NCBI RefSeq assembly: GCF_000196355.1
Contig: NC_007614.1
Location: 1,080,001 to 1,112,000, forward strand
Reading direction: 5' to 3'
Length of the DNA stretch: 32,000 nucleotides
Origin: Nitrosospira multiformis ATCC 25196
GTDB lineage: Bacteria > Pseudomonadota > Gammaproteobacteria > Burkholderiales > Nitrosomonadaceae
In this document: piece after piece, positions 18,572-28,094 of the stretch
How positions within the stretch are numbered: the first letter of the stretch is position 1
Layout: each line of letters opens with the position of its first letter
Translations under genes and position numbers: made by a program
The notes under the pieces: model-generated
Told to the model about the DNA's origin: nothing
The model's input: only the letters and a program-made list of their open reading frames with translations
Database searches by the model: none

Positions 18572-21079
18572 ATGAATATTCTAAAACTGTCTCTTCGCAT
18601 GCTTGCGCGCGACTGGCGCGCGGGCGAGTTGCGCGTGCTGGTATTTGCGCTGCTCATTGCAGTGGGTGGGATGACCACTGTCGGTTTTTTTGCAGATCGC
18701 GTGCAGGTGGCGCTTTCGCGCCAGGGAAACCAGTTGCTGGGAGCGGATCTGATCATTTTTTCGGATCATCCTTTGGCTCCGCATTACGCCGAGGAGGCAA
18801 AACGCCGGAATCTGTCGATTTCCACTGCCATCAAGTTCCCGAGCATGACTGCGAAAGGGGAGGAAAGCCTGCTGACGGAAATCAAGGCCGTGACGGAAGG
18901 TTATCCACTGCGTGGCGAATTGCGCATCAGCGAGGATTTCAGCAACGGGACCCCGCCTGCCGAGCGTGTGGCCCATATGGCCAACAGGATTCCGTCCCCG
19001 GGCACGGCGTGGGTGGACGAAAAGCTCATGATCGGCTTTTCTCTCAAACGGGGAGACAGGATCGAGGTGGGCTCATCCCGGTTTGCTGTGGACGCGCTGA
19101 TAACGCAGGAACCGGATTATTCGATCGGTTTTCTCAACCTGAGGCCGCGCGTGCTGATCAACGAGGCGGATCTGGCGGCGACCGGGCTGATCCAGCAGGG
19201 CAGCCGTATTGGTTACCGCCTGCTTGTCTCCGGCGAGTCGGGCGACGTGGAGGAGTTCCGCAAGTGGGCCGAGCAACGCCTGATGCTGGGAGAGAAAATC
19301 GAGGGTATCCGTGACGCGCGGCCCGAAATCAGGTCGGCGCTGGAGCGGGCGGAAAAATTCCTGAGCCTGACCGCGCTGGCGAGCGTGGTGCTGGCGGCCG
19401 CCGCTGCGGCCCTGGCGGTGCGCCGCTTCACTCAGCGCCACCTGGATGGCTGTGCAGTGATGCGCTGCCTCGGCGCAAGCCAGAGCACCATTCTGCGTCT
19501 CTATCTGTATCATTTTCTCACCCTGGGTTTCGTTGCCAGCAGCCTGGGCTGTCTTCTCGGTTTTGTCGCCCAGCAGGTTCTTACCTATTGGCTTTCGGGA
19601 TTGGTTGAAGCCGAACTACCCTGGCCCACCGTATGGCCGGGCGTGCACGGAGTGCTGACTGGAACAGTATTGTTGCTTGGCTTTGCGCTTCCTCCGCTGC
19701 TCGGTCTGCGCAGCGTTCCGGCGCTGCGCGTCATGCGCCGGGACATCGGAATGCCGCCGCAGGGACTCGCCGGCTATGGCCTGGGACTGAGCGTACTGGC
19801 GCTGCTGTTCCTGTGGAAAGCGGGCGATATGCGGCTCGGCGCCTCCGTCATCGGCGGTTTCATCGTGGCAATAGCAGTTTTTGGCGTAATCGGATTCCTG
19901 CTGATGAGAATGCTGACCCACATCCGCAACCAGGCGGGGGGTGCGTGGCGCTACGGGCTGGCAAGTATCCGCCGCCGTGCCGTCGCGAGTGTGCTGCAGG
20001 CTGTGGCCCTCGGATTGGGATTGATGGCGCTATTGGCGCTGACACTGATCCGGGACGATCTGCTGAGAAACTGGCAGACCAGCCTGCCTCCCGATGCTCC
20101 CAACCATTTTCTGGTAAATATCCAGGAGGACCAGCTGGAGCCGTTGGCGGCGTTTTTCAAAGAGCACGGGATGCAACTGCCGAAGGTTTTTCCCATGGTT
20201 CGAGGCCGCCTCACCGAAATCAATGGTAAGGCGATCACTTCCGAGGATTATGCCGATATTCGCGCCAAGCGGCTGGTGGAGCGGGAATTCAACCTGTCAT
20301 GGGCGAGCGAGATGCAAAGCGACAACCAGATCGTAAAAGGTCGCTGGTGGAAACCTGAGGATCGGGGAGAAGAGGAAATCTCGATCGAAGAGGATATTGC
20401 CAAGACCATCGGGATCCATGTGGGCGACACACTGACTTATGACATAGCGGGCAGCGTGTTTTCCGCCAAGGTTACAAGCTTGCGGAAAGTGAACTGGGAT
20501 TCATTCCGGGTAAATTTTTTCGTCGTGACGCCGCCCGGCGTGCTGGAGCAATATCCGGCAAGCTATGTGACGAGTTTTTATCTTCCATCCACGCATGTGG
20601 AACTGACGAACCAGCTGGTCAAGGAGTTTCCCAACCTGCTCGTGCTGGATGTAGCTGCCATCCTCGCCCAGGTTCAAAGAATGATCGAACAGGTGACGAG
20701 GGCCGTCGAATTCGTGTTCCTGTTTACCCTGCTGGCAGGGGTGGCGGTACTCTATGCTGCCATCGTCTCCACTCAGGATGAACGTATTCAGGAGGCGGCC
20801 ATATTCCGCACGCTGGGCGCAAGGCGCAGGCAGCTGGCGCGCGCCTGGGCAGCTGAATTTGCCATATTAGGAGGCTTTGCCGGGTTTTTCGCGGCGGCGG
20901 GAGCAAGCGCACTCGGTTATGTCGTTGCGGAATATGCGCTGAATCTCACTTATACCTTCAATTCGTGGATTTGGCTCATCGGTATAGGCGCGGGAGCCGC
21001 GGGCGTGACTCTGGCGGGATTGCTCGGTACGCGCGCCGCGCTCTCAACCCCCCCGCTCATGACCCTGCGCAGGATCTGA
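18572..21079 (+). CDS. YbbP-like FtsX/MacB-fold ABC transporter permease, 835 aa
   Basis: N-terminal RMLARDWRAGELRVLVFALLIAVGGMTTVGFFADRV, many TM segments, central ALTLIRDDLLRNWQTSLPPDAPNHFLVNIQ, C-terminal FtsX block. Confidence 0.88.
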   Translation: MNILKLSLRMLARDWRAGELRVLVFALLIAVGGMTTVGFFADRVQVALSRQGNQLLGADLIIFSDHPLAPHYAEEAKRRNLSISTAIKFPSMTAKGEESLLTEIKAVTEGYPLRGELRISEDFSNGTPPAERVAHMANRIPSPGTAWVDEKLMIGFSLKRGDRIEVGSSRFAVDALITQEPDYSIGFLNLRPRVLINEADLAATGLIQQGSRIGYRLLVSGESGDVEEFRKWAEQRLMLGEKIEGIRDARPEIRSALERAEKFLSLTALASVVLAAAAAALAVRRFTQRHLDGCAVMRCLGASQSTILRLYLYHFLTLGFVASSLGCLLGFVAQQVLTYWLSGLVEAELPWPTVWPGVHGVLTGTVLLLGFALPPLLGLRSVPALRVMRRDIGMPPQGLAGYGLGLSVLALLFLWKAGDMRLGASVIGGFIVAIAVFGVIGFLLMRMLTHIRNQAGGAWRYGLASIRRRAVASVLQAVALGLGLMALLALTLIRDDLLRNWQTSLPPDAPNHFLVNIQEDQLEPLAAFFKEHGMQLPKVFPMVRGRLTEINGKAITSEDYADIRAKRLVEREFNLSWASEMQSDNQIVKGRWWKPEDRGEEEISIEEDIAKTIGIHVGDTLTYDIAGSVFSAKVTSLRKVNWDSFRVNFFVVTPPGVLEQYPASYVTSFYLPSTHVELTNQLVKEFPNLLVLDVAAILAQVQRMIEQVTRAVEFVFLFTLLAGVAVLYAAIVSTQDERIQEAAIFRTLGARRRQLARAWAAEFAILGGFAGFFAAAGASALGYVVAEYALNLTYTFNSWIWLIGIGAGAAGVTLAGLLGTRAALSTPPLMTLRRI

Positions 21080-21120
21080 ATGTTCCCGTCTTGCCGCTTT
21101 GCCTCGAACGGATAGGAGGA

Positions 21121-22278
21121 ATGGCCCGCTGCGTTGCCCATCTCGATATGGATGCTTTTTACGCTTCGGTCGAGTTGAAACGATACCCGCAATTGCGCGG
21201 ATTACCGGTGATAATCGGCGGAAGCGCGGAGCAGCAGCCAGAACTTTTCAATGGTGAGCCGCGTTTTGCAAAACTGAAAGGTTATGCGGGACGGGGTGTG
21301 GTAACCACCGCTACTTACGAGGCTCGCGCTTTCGGCGTTTCCTCCGGCATGGGCTTGATGAAAGCGGCGCAGTTGGCCCCGGAGGCTATCCTGCTGCCCG
21401 CCGACTTCAGCGCATACCGCCGTTATTCGAATCTGTTCAAAACGGCCGTTGCTTTGGTCGCGCCTCGTATAGAGGATCGCGGTATCGATGAGATTTACAT
21501 CGATCTCAGTGACTCGGCCGAAGATATCGTGACTCTTGCCCGGCGCATCAAGCAGGCTGTGCGGGAAAGCACCGGGTTGTCCTGTTCTATCGGCGTGGCG
21601 CCAAACAAGCTTCTGGCAAAAATCTGCTCAGACCTTGAAAAGCCGGATGGTCTCACTCTCCTGAGCATGGCCGATGTTCCAGCCAGAATCTGGCCTCTTC
21701 CCGTCCGTAAAATTAATGGCATCGGTCCGAAGGCAAACCAGAAACTGGCAGCGTCAGGTATTTTCACCATCGGTGATCTGGCACAAGTAGACATCGCTTT
21801 CCTGCAGGCGCGGTTCGGGCGCAGCAACGGCTGCTGGCTGTATGAGGCTTCCCGGGGCATTGACGAGCGTTCCGTCGTGACTCATGCGGAGCCCAGGTCG
21901 ATCAGCCGCGAGACGACTTTCGAGCGGGATCTGCATGCGCGTCGCGATCGTCCCATTCTTTCTGAAATTTTCACCGGCCTATGCGCGGGAGTCGCCGAAG
22001 ATCTTCAGCGCAAGGGCTATGCTGCCCGTACCATCGGCATCAAATTGCGGTATGAAGATTTTCGCACCGTAACCCGCGACATCACGCTCCCAGTTCCCAC
22101 AGCGAATGCCGCCGTCATTCGCAAGGCAGCCCAGGAATGCCTGCGGCGCGTCTCTCTTGAGCAGAAAATACGGTTGCTTGGCGTTCGCGCGAGCGGGTTG
22201 TGTTCCGAGACGCTGGCGCAGAGCGCGGACATGAGTCAGCAAAGGGAACTTCCCCTGGCTGTGCCGGACATCCGATGA
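21121..22278 (+). CDS. dinB: DNA polymerase IV (Y-family)
   Basis: MARCVAHLDMDAFYASVELKRYP, YSNLF, EDRGIDEIYIDLS, LSCSIGVAPNKLLAKICSDLEKPDG, INGIGPKANQKL. The tracked ORF starts 52 codons earlier. Confidence 0.94.
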   Translation: MARCVAHLDMDAFYASVELKRYPQLRGLPVIIGGSAEQQPELFNGEPRFAKLKGYAGRGVVTTATYEARAFGVSSGMGLMKAAQLAPEAILLPADFSAYRRYSNLFKTAVALVAPRIEDRGIDEIYIDLSDSAEDIVTLARRIKQAVRESTGLSCSIGVAPNKLLAKICSDLEKPDGLTLLSMADVPARIWPLPVRKINGIGPKANQKLAASGIFTIGDLAQVDIAFLQARFGRSNGCWLYEASRGIDERSVVTHAEPRSISRETTFERDLHARRDRPILSEIFTGLCAGVAEDLQRKGYAARTIGIKLRYEDFRTVTRDITLPVPTANAAVIRKAAQECLRRVSLEQKIRLLGVRASGLCSETLAQSADMSQQRELPLAVPDIR

Positions 22279-22425
22279 AGAAGTGTGCATACAGATTGCT
22301 CGTTGCCCAAGTGGGCCAGTGAAATATGGGCGATAATCCTTCCTTTTTTCTTCATTGAGCAGCATGGGCAGTGTCCTTGGCTGCTTGAAGCGGCTACTTG
22401 CTTTCACCCGATTTATCCATTCTCC

Positions 22426-23580
22426 ATGCAAACAAAAAAAACACTGGTCCGTTTCGCCATTATCATTGTTATTCTCATGGTGGCGGGTTATGCAATATGG
22501 TTTGCAATGCGTCCGGCGCCCATAGAGGTTGAGCTTGCGACCATCGGGCGGAGTACAGTGGAAGCCACCGTGGTGAATACACGTGCCGGAACAGTGACCG
22601 CATGCCGGCGTGCCAAGCTTGCGCCAGCGGCGGGAGGGCAGATTGTCAAGTTGCAGGTCAAGGAGGGTGACAGGGTCAAGAAAGGACAGGTATTGCTGGA
22701 ACTGTGGAATACGGATCTGACCGCCCAGCGCGATCTTGCCCGGCGCCAGCTCATCACCGCGGAAGAGCGGCGCCGCGAAGCCTGCATCCTTGCGGCCCAT
22801 GCCGGCCGCGAGGCCGAGCGTGCGCGTCAGCTCGCCGAGAGAGGCTTCGTCAGCGCCCAGAACCGGGAGAATGCCGATGCCGATGCGCGCGCCCGGCAAG
22901 CGAGCTGCGATGCGACTATTGCCGATGTGAAGCGGGCGCGAGCTCAGGTAGAAGTAACAGAGGCGGGGCTGGAGCGCACGGTTCTGACTGCTCCATTTGA
23001 CGGCATTGTGGCGCTTGTCACCGGGGAGCTGGGTGAATATACCACTCCGTCCCCCCCGGGGATTCCCACCCCGCCGGCTATTGATCTGATCGATGATAGT
23101 TGTCTGTATGTTACCGCTCCAATGGATGAAGTCGATGCGCCCAAGCTGAAGATCGGCCAACTCGCCCGCATTACGATTGATGCCTTGCCCGGCCAGATCT
23201 TCCCCGGCAAGGTGCGGCGGGTGGCGCCCTATGTCACGGAGGTAGAGAAGCAGGCGCGCACGGTGGATATCGAAGTGGATTTCGAAGAAATACCGGAACG
23301 GCCGTTGCTGGTGGGGTATAGCGCAGATGTCGAAGTGGTGATCGAACGGCATGAGAATGTGCTGCGCGTGCCCACCCAGGCGATCCGTCAGGGTGGCAAG
23401 GTGTTGTTGGTGAACGAGGAGAACCGATTGGTTGAACGCAGGCTGGAAACAGGACTGGCCAACTGGGCATTTACCGAAGTCACCGGTGGCCTGGAGGAAG
23501 GCGATCGCGTGTTGCTGTCATCAGAGGCAAAGGAAATCAAAGCCGGTATACAAGTCCGGGAGAAGGTTGCCGAGCAGTGA
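22426..23580 (+). CDS. HlyD/MacA-like periplasmic adaptor
   Basis: MQTKKTLVRFAIIIVILMVAGYAIWF membrane anchor, lipoyl-like VVNTRAGTVTACRRAKLAPAAGGQIVKLQVKEGDRVKKGQVLLEL, long coiled-coil hairpin and beta-barrel. Confidence 0.9.
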   Translation: MQTKKTLVRFAIIIVILMVAGYAIWFAMRPAPIEVELATIGRSTVEATVVNTRAGTVTACRRAKLAPAAGGQIVKLQVKEGDRVKKGQVLLELWNTDLTAQRDLARRQLITAEERRREACILAAHAGREAERARQLAERGFVSAQNRENADADARARQASCDATIADVKRARAQVEVTEAGLERTVLTAPFDGIVALVTGELGEYTTPSPPGIPTPPAIDLIDDSCLYVTAPMDEVDAPKLKIGQLARITIDALPGQIFPGKVRRVAPYVTEVEKQARTVDIEVDFEEIPERPLLVGYSADVEVVIERHENVLRVPTQAIRQGGKVLLVNEENRLVERRLETGLANWAFTEVTGGLEEGDRVLLSSEAKEIKAGIQVREKVAEQ

Positions 23581-23620
23581 ATCAATGGAGTGATCCGTTG
23601 ATTCACTTCGCCAGAATGGA

Positions 23621-24325
23621 ATGATTCGCCTTACTGACATTTCGCGTGTTTTCCATATGGGAGACCAGGGGGTACGAGCGCTCGATGGGATCGATCTTGA
23701 AATCGATACTGGCGAGTATGTTTCCATCATGGGTCCTTCGGGGTCGGGCAAGTCGACTCTGCTCAACGTCATCGGCTTGCTCGATCAGCCAGATGGCGGA
23801 CGCTATGAGCTCGACGGAAAGGATGTAACCGATCTGTCCGAGATCGAAAAGGCGCGCGTTCGCAGGGAAAAAATCGGCTTCGTGTTCCAGTCGTTTCATC
23901 TTGTGCCCCGGTTGACCGCCGCGGAAAACATCGAACTGCCGTTGATCCTGGAGGGAATTCCACCCGCCGAGCGAAAGTCGCGCGTGAATGAGGCGCTACG
24001 GGGATTCAATCTGCAGGATCGGGCCACGCACCGGCCTTCCGAGCTGTCAGGCGGCCAGCGTCAGCGCGTCGCTATCGCTCGCGCGACCATCCTGCGACCC
24101 ACTGCCTTGCTGGCGGATGAGCCAACAGGTAATCTCGACCACCGTATTGGCGCGGAAGTCATGGGGCTGCTCGAAGGCTTGCATGAGGCCGGAACAACAT
24201 TGATCGTGGTGACGCATGATCGCGAACTGGGCGCCAGGGCACACCGCCATATCGCGATGCGTGATGGAAAAATTGTATCCGACGAGAGGCAGGGTAAATT
24301 TCCAGGAGGCAACAGTTTGGCATGA
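23621..24325 (+). CDS. LolD/MacB-type ABC transporter ATP-binding protein
   Basis: Walker A GPSGSGKS, LSGGQRQRVAIARA signature, ALLADEPTGNLD Walker B. Confidence 0.95.
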   Translation: MIRLTDISRVFHMGDQGVRALDGIDLEIDTGEYVSIMGPSGSGKSTLLNVIGLLDQPDGGRYELDGKDVTDLSEIEKARVRREKIGFVFQSFHLVPRLTAAENIELPLILEGIPPAERKSRVNEALRGFNLQDRATHRPSELSGGQRQRVAIARATILRPTALLADEPTGNLDHRIGAEVMGLLEGLHEAGTTLIVVTHDRELGARAHRHIAMRDGKIVSDERQGKFPGGNSLA

Positions 24326-24509
24326 TCTGCATCAATTTGCCGCTTTCAGGAGTTCAGGAGTGCTGAAATATATCCTGTGGCAGCAATAAATTGTTTATAA
24401 TGGACTTGGCAGATTTTGTACTATCACAGCTCCCTGCCTTGTCACTTGCGCTCGCAGTTGCGCATTCACAGGTTCGGTTCTTTCGGGGAGATGGATCGAG
24501 GCGACTGCA

Positions 24510-24983
24510 ATGCCGCGTATTCTGGTTGCTCTGGCAATCGGGTTTTCCAGTTTTCTTCCTTGCCTGGCTTATGCTGACCTCACCGGTCAGGTAATTCATG
24601 TCACGGATGGAGACACTCTTACCCTTGTAATAAACAAGGAATGGGTAAGGGCACGCCTTGCGGGCATCGATGCGCCCGAAGCGAATCAGCCTTTTGGCAA
24701 GCTTTCCAGGGAATCTCTCTCTGATCTTTGTTTCTGGCAGCAGGTTACGGTTATTCCGAAAGGAAAAGACCAATATGGCCGCATCTTTGCCCAAGTCCTC
24801 TGTGGTGATGTCGATGCCGGGGCCGAGCAGGTACGGCGCGGCATGGCCTGGGTTTATGATCACTATGTAAAAGAGAGTGACCTCCAGCCCCTTCAGGATG
24901 ATGCGAAGGCTGCAAAGCGTGGTTTGTGGGCGGATCCCTATTCAAAGCCGCCATGGAAATGGCGCGAAGTGTGGAAGGAATGA
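24510..24983 (+). CDS. Thermonuclease (SNase-like) family secreted protein
   Basis: Signal sequence, then GQVIHVTDGDTLTL, VRARLAGIDAPEANQPFG, KDQYGRIFAQVLCGDVDAGAEQVRRGMAWVYDHY. Confidence 0.9.
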   Translation: MPRILVALAIGFSSFLPCLAYADLTGQVIHVTDGDTLTLVINKEWVRARLAGIDAPEANQPFGKLSRESLSDLCFWQQVTVIPKGKDQYGRIFAQVLCGDVDAGAEQVRRGMAWVYDHYVKESDLQPLQDDAKAAKRGLWADPYSKPPWKWREVWKE

Positions 24984-24992
24984 AGATTTGAC

Positions 24993-26201
24993 GTGAAGCT
25001 TCGTGACACGTTGAGTCTCTCCATCAGAACCGTTGCCAGCTACCGCACCCGTTCGTTGCTCATCATTCTGGCAATGTCATTGGGGGTGGCGGCAGTGGTC
25101 GTACTAACCGCCTTGGGAGATGGCGCCCGTGGCTACGTGGTTCAGCAGTTTTCATCCGTCGGAACCAATCTCATCATCGTCTTGCCCGGTCGTGCCGAAA
25201 CTTCCGGGGGCCTCCCTGGTGCAGCGTTGGGGCAGACTCCGCGCGACCTGACGCTGGAAGATGCTCGCTCGCTTGTCCATCTGCCGCAAATCAGGCGGTA
25301 TGCGCCGCTCAACGTCGGTGTTGCCGAACTTGCTTCCGCCGGTCGCCTGCGCGAAGTGACGGTGCTGGGAAGCACGGCGGCTATACTGCCGATAAGGCAT
25401 ATGGATCTCGCGCAGGGCAGTTTTCTTGCGCGAGAAAAAGGAAGCGAGCGCAGCGCGCAAATCGTTCTGGGTGCACAGCTCGCACAGGAGTTCTTTCCCC
25501 AAAGCAGTCCTATCGGTCAGCGGGTAAGACTGGGTGACCGGCGCTTTCTCGTTTCCGGCGTGCTCGCGCCGCAAGGCGAAACGATGGGCTTCAATACCGA
25601 TGAAATCGTCATCATTCCTATCGATTATGCCCAGGCCTTGTTCAACACATCGTCCCTTTTCCGTATTCTCGTCGAAACCAGAAGCCGCAGCGACCTTTTG
25701 CCCGTCAAAGAAGCAATTCGCGACATTTTAAAGCAGCGACACGATGGGGAAGAGGACATCACCATAATTACACACGATGCCGTACTTGCCACTTTTGATC
25801 GCATTCTGCGGGCGTTGACGCTTGGTGTAGCGGGAATCGCCGCTATCAGTCTGGCGGTAGCCGGCATATTGGTAATGAATGTCATGCTGGTGTCGGTCAG
25901 TCAGCGCACCTCCGAAGTCGGTTTGTTGAAAGCCCTCGGCGCGCCGTCCTCTGAAATCCACCGTTTGTTTCTTGCCGAGGCGTTGTGGCTGTCATTGGCG
26001 GGCGGGATAGCGGGATTCGCATTGGGACAATTTGGTAGCCTGCTGATCCGACTGGCTTATCCGCAGCTTCCTGCCTGGCCGCCCCTATGGGCTAATGTTG
26101 CCGGGGTGGGAGTGGCCTTTATAACAGGTTTGCTCGCCAGCCTTTTACCGGCAGCGCGTGCCGCCAGGCTCGATCCCGTGCGCGCACTGAGTGGAAAATA
26201 A
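24993..26201 (+). CDS. MacB-like ABC transporter permease
   Basis: SLSIRTVASYRTRSLLIILAMSLGVAAVVVLTALGDGARGYVVQQFSSVGTNLIIVLPG and C-terminal RTSEVGLLKALGAPSSEIHRLFLAEA. Confidence 0.92.
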   Translation: MKLRDTLSLSIRTVASYRTRSLLIILAMSLGVAAVVVLTALGDGARGYVVQQFSSVGTNLIIVLPGRAETSGGLPGAALGQTPRDLTLEDARSLVHLPQIRRYAPLNVGVAELASAGRLREVTVLGSTAAILPIRHMDLAQGSFLAREKGSERSAQIVLGAQLAQEFFPQSSPIGQRVRLGDRRFLVSGVLAPQGETMGFNTDEIVIIPIDYAQALFNTSSLFRILVETRSRSDLLPVKEAIRDILKQRHDGEEDITIITHDAVLATFDRILRALTLGVAGIAAISLAVAGILVMNVMLVSVSQRTSEVGLLKALGAPSSEIHRLFLAEALWLSLAGGIAGFALGQFGSLLIRLAYPQLPAWPPLWANVAGVGVAFITGLLASLLPAARAARLDPVRALSGK

Positions 26202-26246
26202 GCGGAGATGAGGAAATGGATATAAAAAGGGTATGAAAGGAGCGGC

Positions 26247-27446
26247 ATGAGCGTTATCGATACGCTGCGTTTCGCCCTGCGCTCGCTCACCGCACATCGC
26301 CTGCGCACCTTGTTGTCCGCAACGGGAATCGGCATCGGGATTGCGGCGGTTATTCTCCTGACTTCCATTGGGGAAGGAATTCATCAGTTCGTGATTTCGG
26401 AGTTCACCCAGTTCGGTACCAATATCATTACGGTCACCCCGGGAAAAATCAGGACTCACGGCAGGTCGCTGGGTGCGATCGGGAGCGCTCGGCTCCTGAC
26501 GATCGAGGATGCGCTGGCGTTAAAGAACTCTCCGTATGTTCAGCACGTTAACGCAGGCGTGATGGGCAATGCGGAAATACGGGCGCGTGGACGGAGCCGG
26601 CGGGTCACCGTCTATGGTGAAAGCCCGGATTTTGCGCATACATTCAACATGAAGGTCGCAAGCGGACGGTTTCTGCCGGAGGATGATCCTCGCAATCCTC
26701 GCGCCTATGTGGTGCTGGGTTCAAAAGTACGCACGGAATTGTTCGGCAGTGCGAATCCTCTGGGTGCTACGCTGCAAGTCGGCCTATCGCGCTTTCGTGT
26801 GATAGGTGTCATGGAATCGAAGGGGCAGGTGCTGGGATTCGATCTGGACGATACGGTCTTTCTTCCCACTAGCCGCGCACTGGAAATTTTCAACCGCGAG
26901 GGTGTAATGGAAATCAACATTGCATACCAGCCAAGCGCGCCACTGGAAGCTGTAGTGGAGGATATAGGCCGCATCCTCGTTTCAAGGCATGGGCGGGAAG
27001 ATTTCACCATCACCCCCCAGCAGCAAATGCTGAATACGTTGAATACCGTTCTGGACGTGTTGATTTTCGCAGTTGCCGCGCTGGGGAGCATTTCCTTGCT
27101 GGTAGGGGCAGTCGGCATGGTTACGCTCATGCATATTGCCGTGACTGAACGCGTTGCCGAAATCGGTTTGCTCACCGCCCTGGGCGCCACCCGTGCCCGC
27201 GTCCGCCTTCTGTTCCTGACGGAATCCACAGTGCTCGCTACGTTGGGGGGCTTAGGGGGATTGGCTACGGGCGTGGGAATAGCATGGTTGCTGAAATCCC
27301 TGGCAATCGGTCTGCCCGTGCAGATCCCCTGGAATTACACCGCCAGCGCACTCGGAATTTCTGTGCTGGTCGGTCTTGCCGCCGGCGTTATTCCCGCCAT
27401 GCGAGCGGCACGGTTGAATCCGATTGAAGCGCTTCGGGCCGAATAG
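26247..27446 (+). CDS. MacB-like ABC transporter permease (second copy)
   Basis: LRSLTAHRLRTLLSATGIGIGIAAVILLTSIGEGIHQFVISEFTQFGTNIITVTPG, VTERVAEIGLLTALGATRARVRLLFLTES. Confidence 0.92.
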   Translation: MSVIDTLRFALRSLTAHRLRTLLSATGIGIGIAAVILLTSIGEGIHQFVISEFTQFGTNIITVTPGKIRTHGRSLGAIGSARLLTIEDALALKNSPYVQHVNAGVMGNAEIRARGRSRRVTVYGESPDFAHTFNMKVASGRFLPEDDPRNPRAYVVLGSKVRTELFGSANPLGATLQVGLSRFRVIGVMESKGQVLGFDLDDTVFLPTSRALEIFNREGVMEINIAYQPSAPLEAVVEDIGRILVSRHGREDFTITPQQQMLNTLNTVLDVLIFAVAALGSISLLVGAVGMVTLMHIAVTERVAEIGLLTALGATRARVRLLFLTESTVLATLGGLGGLATGVGIAWLLKSLAIGLPVQIPWNYTASALGISVLVGLAAGVIPAMRAARLNPIEALRAE

Positions 27447-27643
27447 GTTTTTCGTTCACTCTGATATAGCTTCCTCTCCCCCATGTGGGAGAGGGATGGG
27501 GAGAGGATGACTTTGGCTTCTTCGCCGCTCACTTGGTTTCTTTGCACCTGTTCACCCTGGGTCCCTAACCTGCGTTCATCTGGGTCTCTCGAAGGACGAG
27601 ATTCCTTCTTTGCTCCACAAAAGAACAGCAGAATAAAAGATAA

Positions 27644-27660
27644 GGGGATCTTTAATCCCC
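27644..27660 (-). terminator. Putative rho-independent terminator for the downstream end of ORF 27652..27951
   Basis: ggggat-cttta-atcccc inverted repeat. On the minus strand it is followed by ttatcttttatt and overlaps the TAA stop codon. Confidence 0.55.
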
Positions 27661-27951
27661 CGCAGCCTGTTTGTTCCTGCGCAGCCACCGGAAAAAGAAA
27701 ACATAAATAAAGGCCGGAACAAACGGAAGAATCCACGGGAACATCTGCGAAAACCACGCGGCATAGAAGCTATCCATGTAGCGCGCCTTGGCCGTGGAGC
27801 AGGCGCTGGCATCGGGAAGGCGACAGGCCAGGTCGATTTCGTAAGAAACCTGGACATGAGCCCGCCACAGCCAGTATGCCATTGATGCGGCAAAAACGAT
27901 CAGCATAAGGGCAAGCCAGTTTACCCGGCCTTCTTGTCGCATGGAACGCAT
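27652..27951 (-). CDS. Small hypothetical membrane protein, 99 aa
   Basis: Two hydrophobic segments (WLALMLIVFAASMAYWLW; WILPFVPAFIYVFFF) around a Cys-containing loop. Ends at a terminator-like hairpin. Confidence 0.55.
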   Translation of the reverse strand: MRSMRQEGRVNWLALMLIVFAASMAYWLWRAHVQVSYEIDLACRLPDASACSTAKARYMDSFYAAWFSQMFPWILPFVPAFIYVFFFRWLRRNKQAAGD

Positions 27952-28094
27952 TTTTTCTCCACTCCATAAATGATGCTTCCGCGGAAAGCAAGCACGCTTT
28001 GAAAATATTCAGGATGACCAGCAGGCTGATTCCTGTGGACAATATTCTGGTTGTCCACGGAGATGGATTTGCTACCCCTTTTCACTTCAACACC

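Noticed and set aside
18568-19314. 248-aa ORF overlapping the YbbP-like gene
   Set aside because: Alternate-frame product of a clear 835-aa membrane permease; His/Gly/Arg-rich sequence without a domain.
24354-24863. 169-aa minus-strand ORF
   Set aside because: Antisense to the thermonuclease gene, which has a signal peptide and conserved catalytic motifs.
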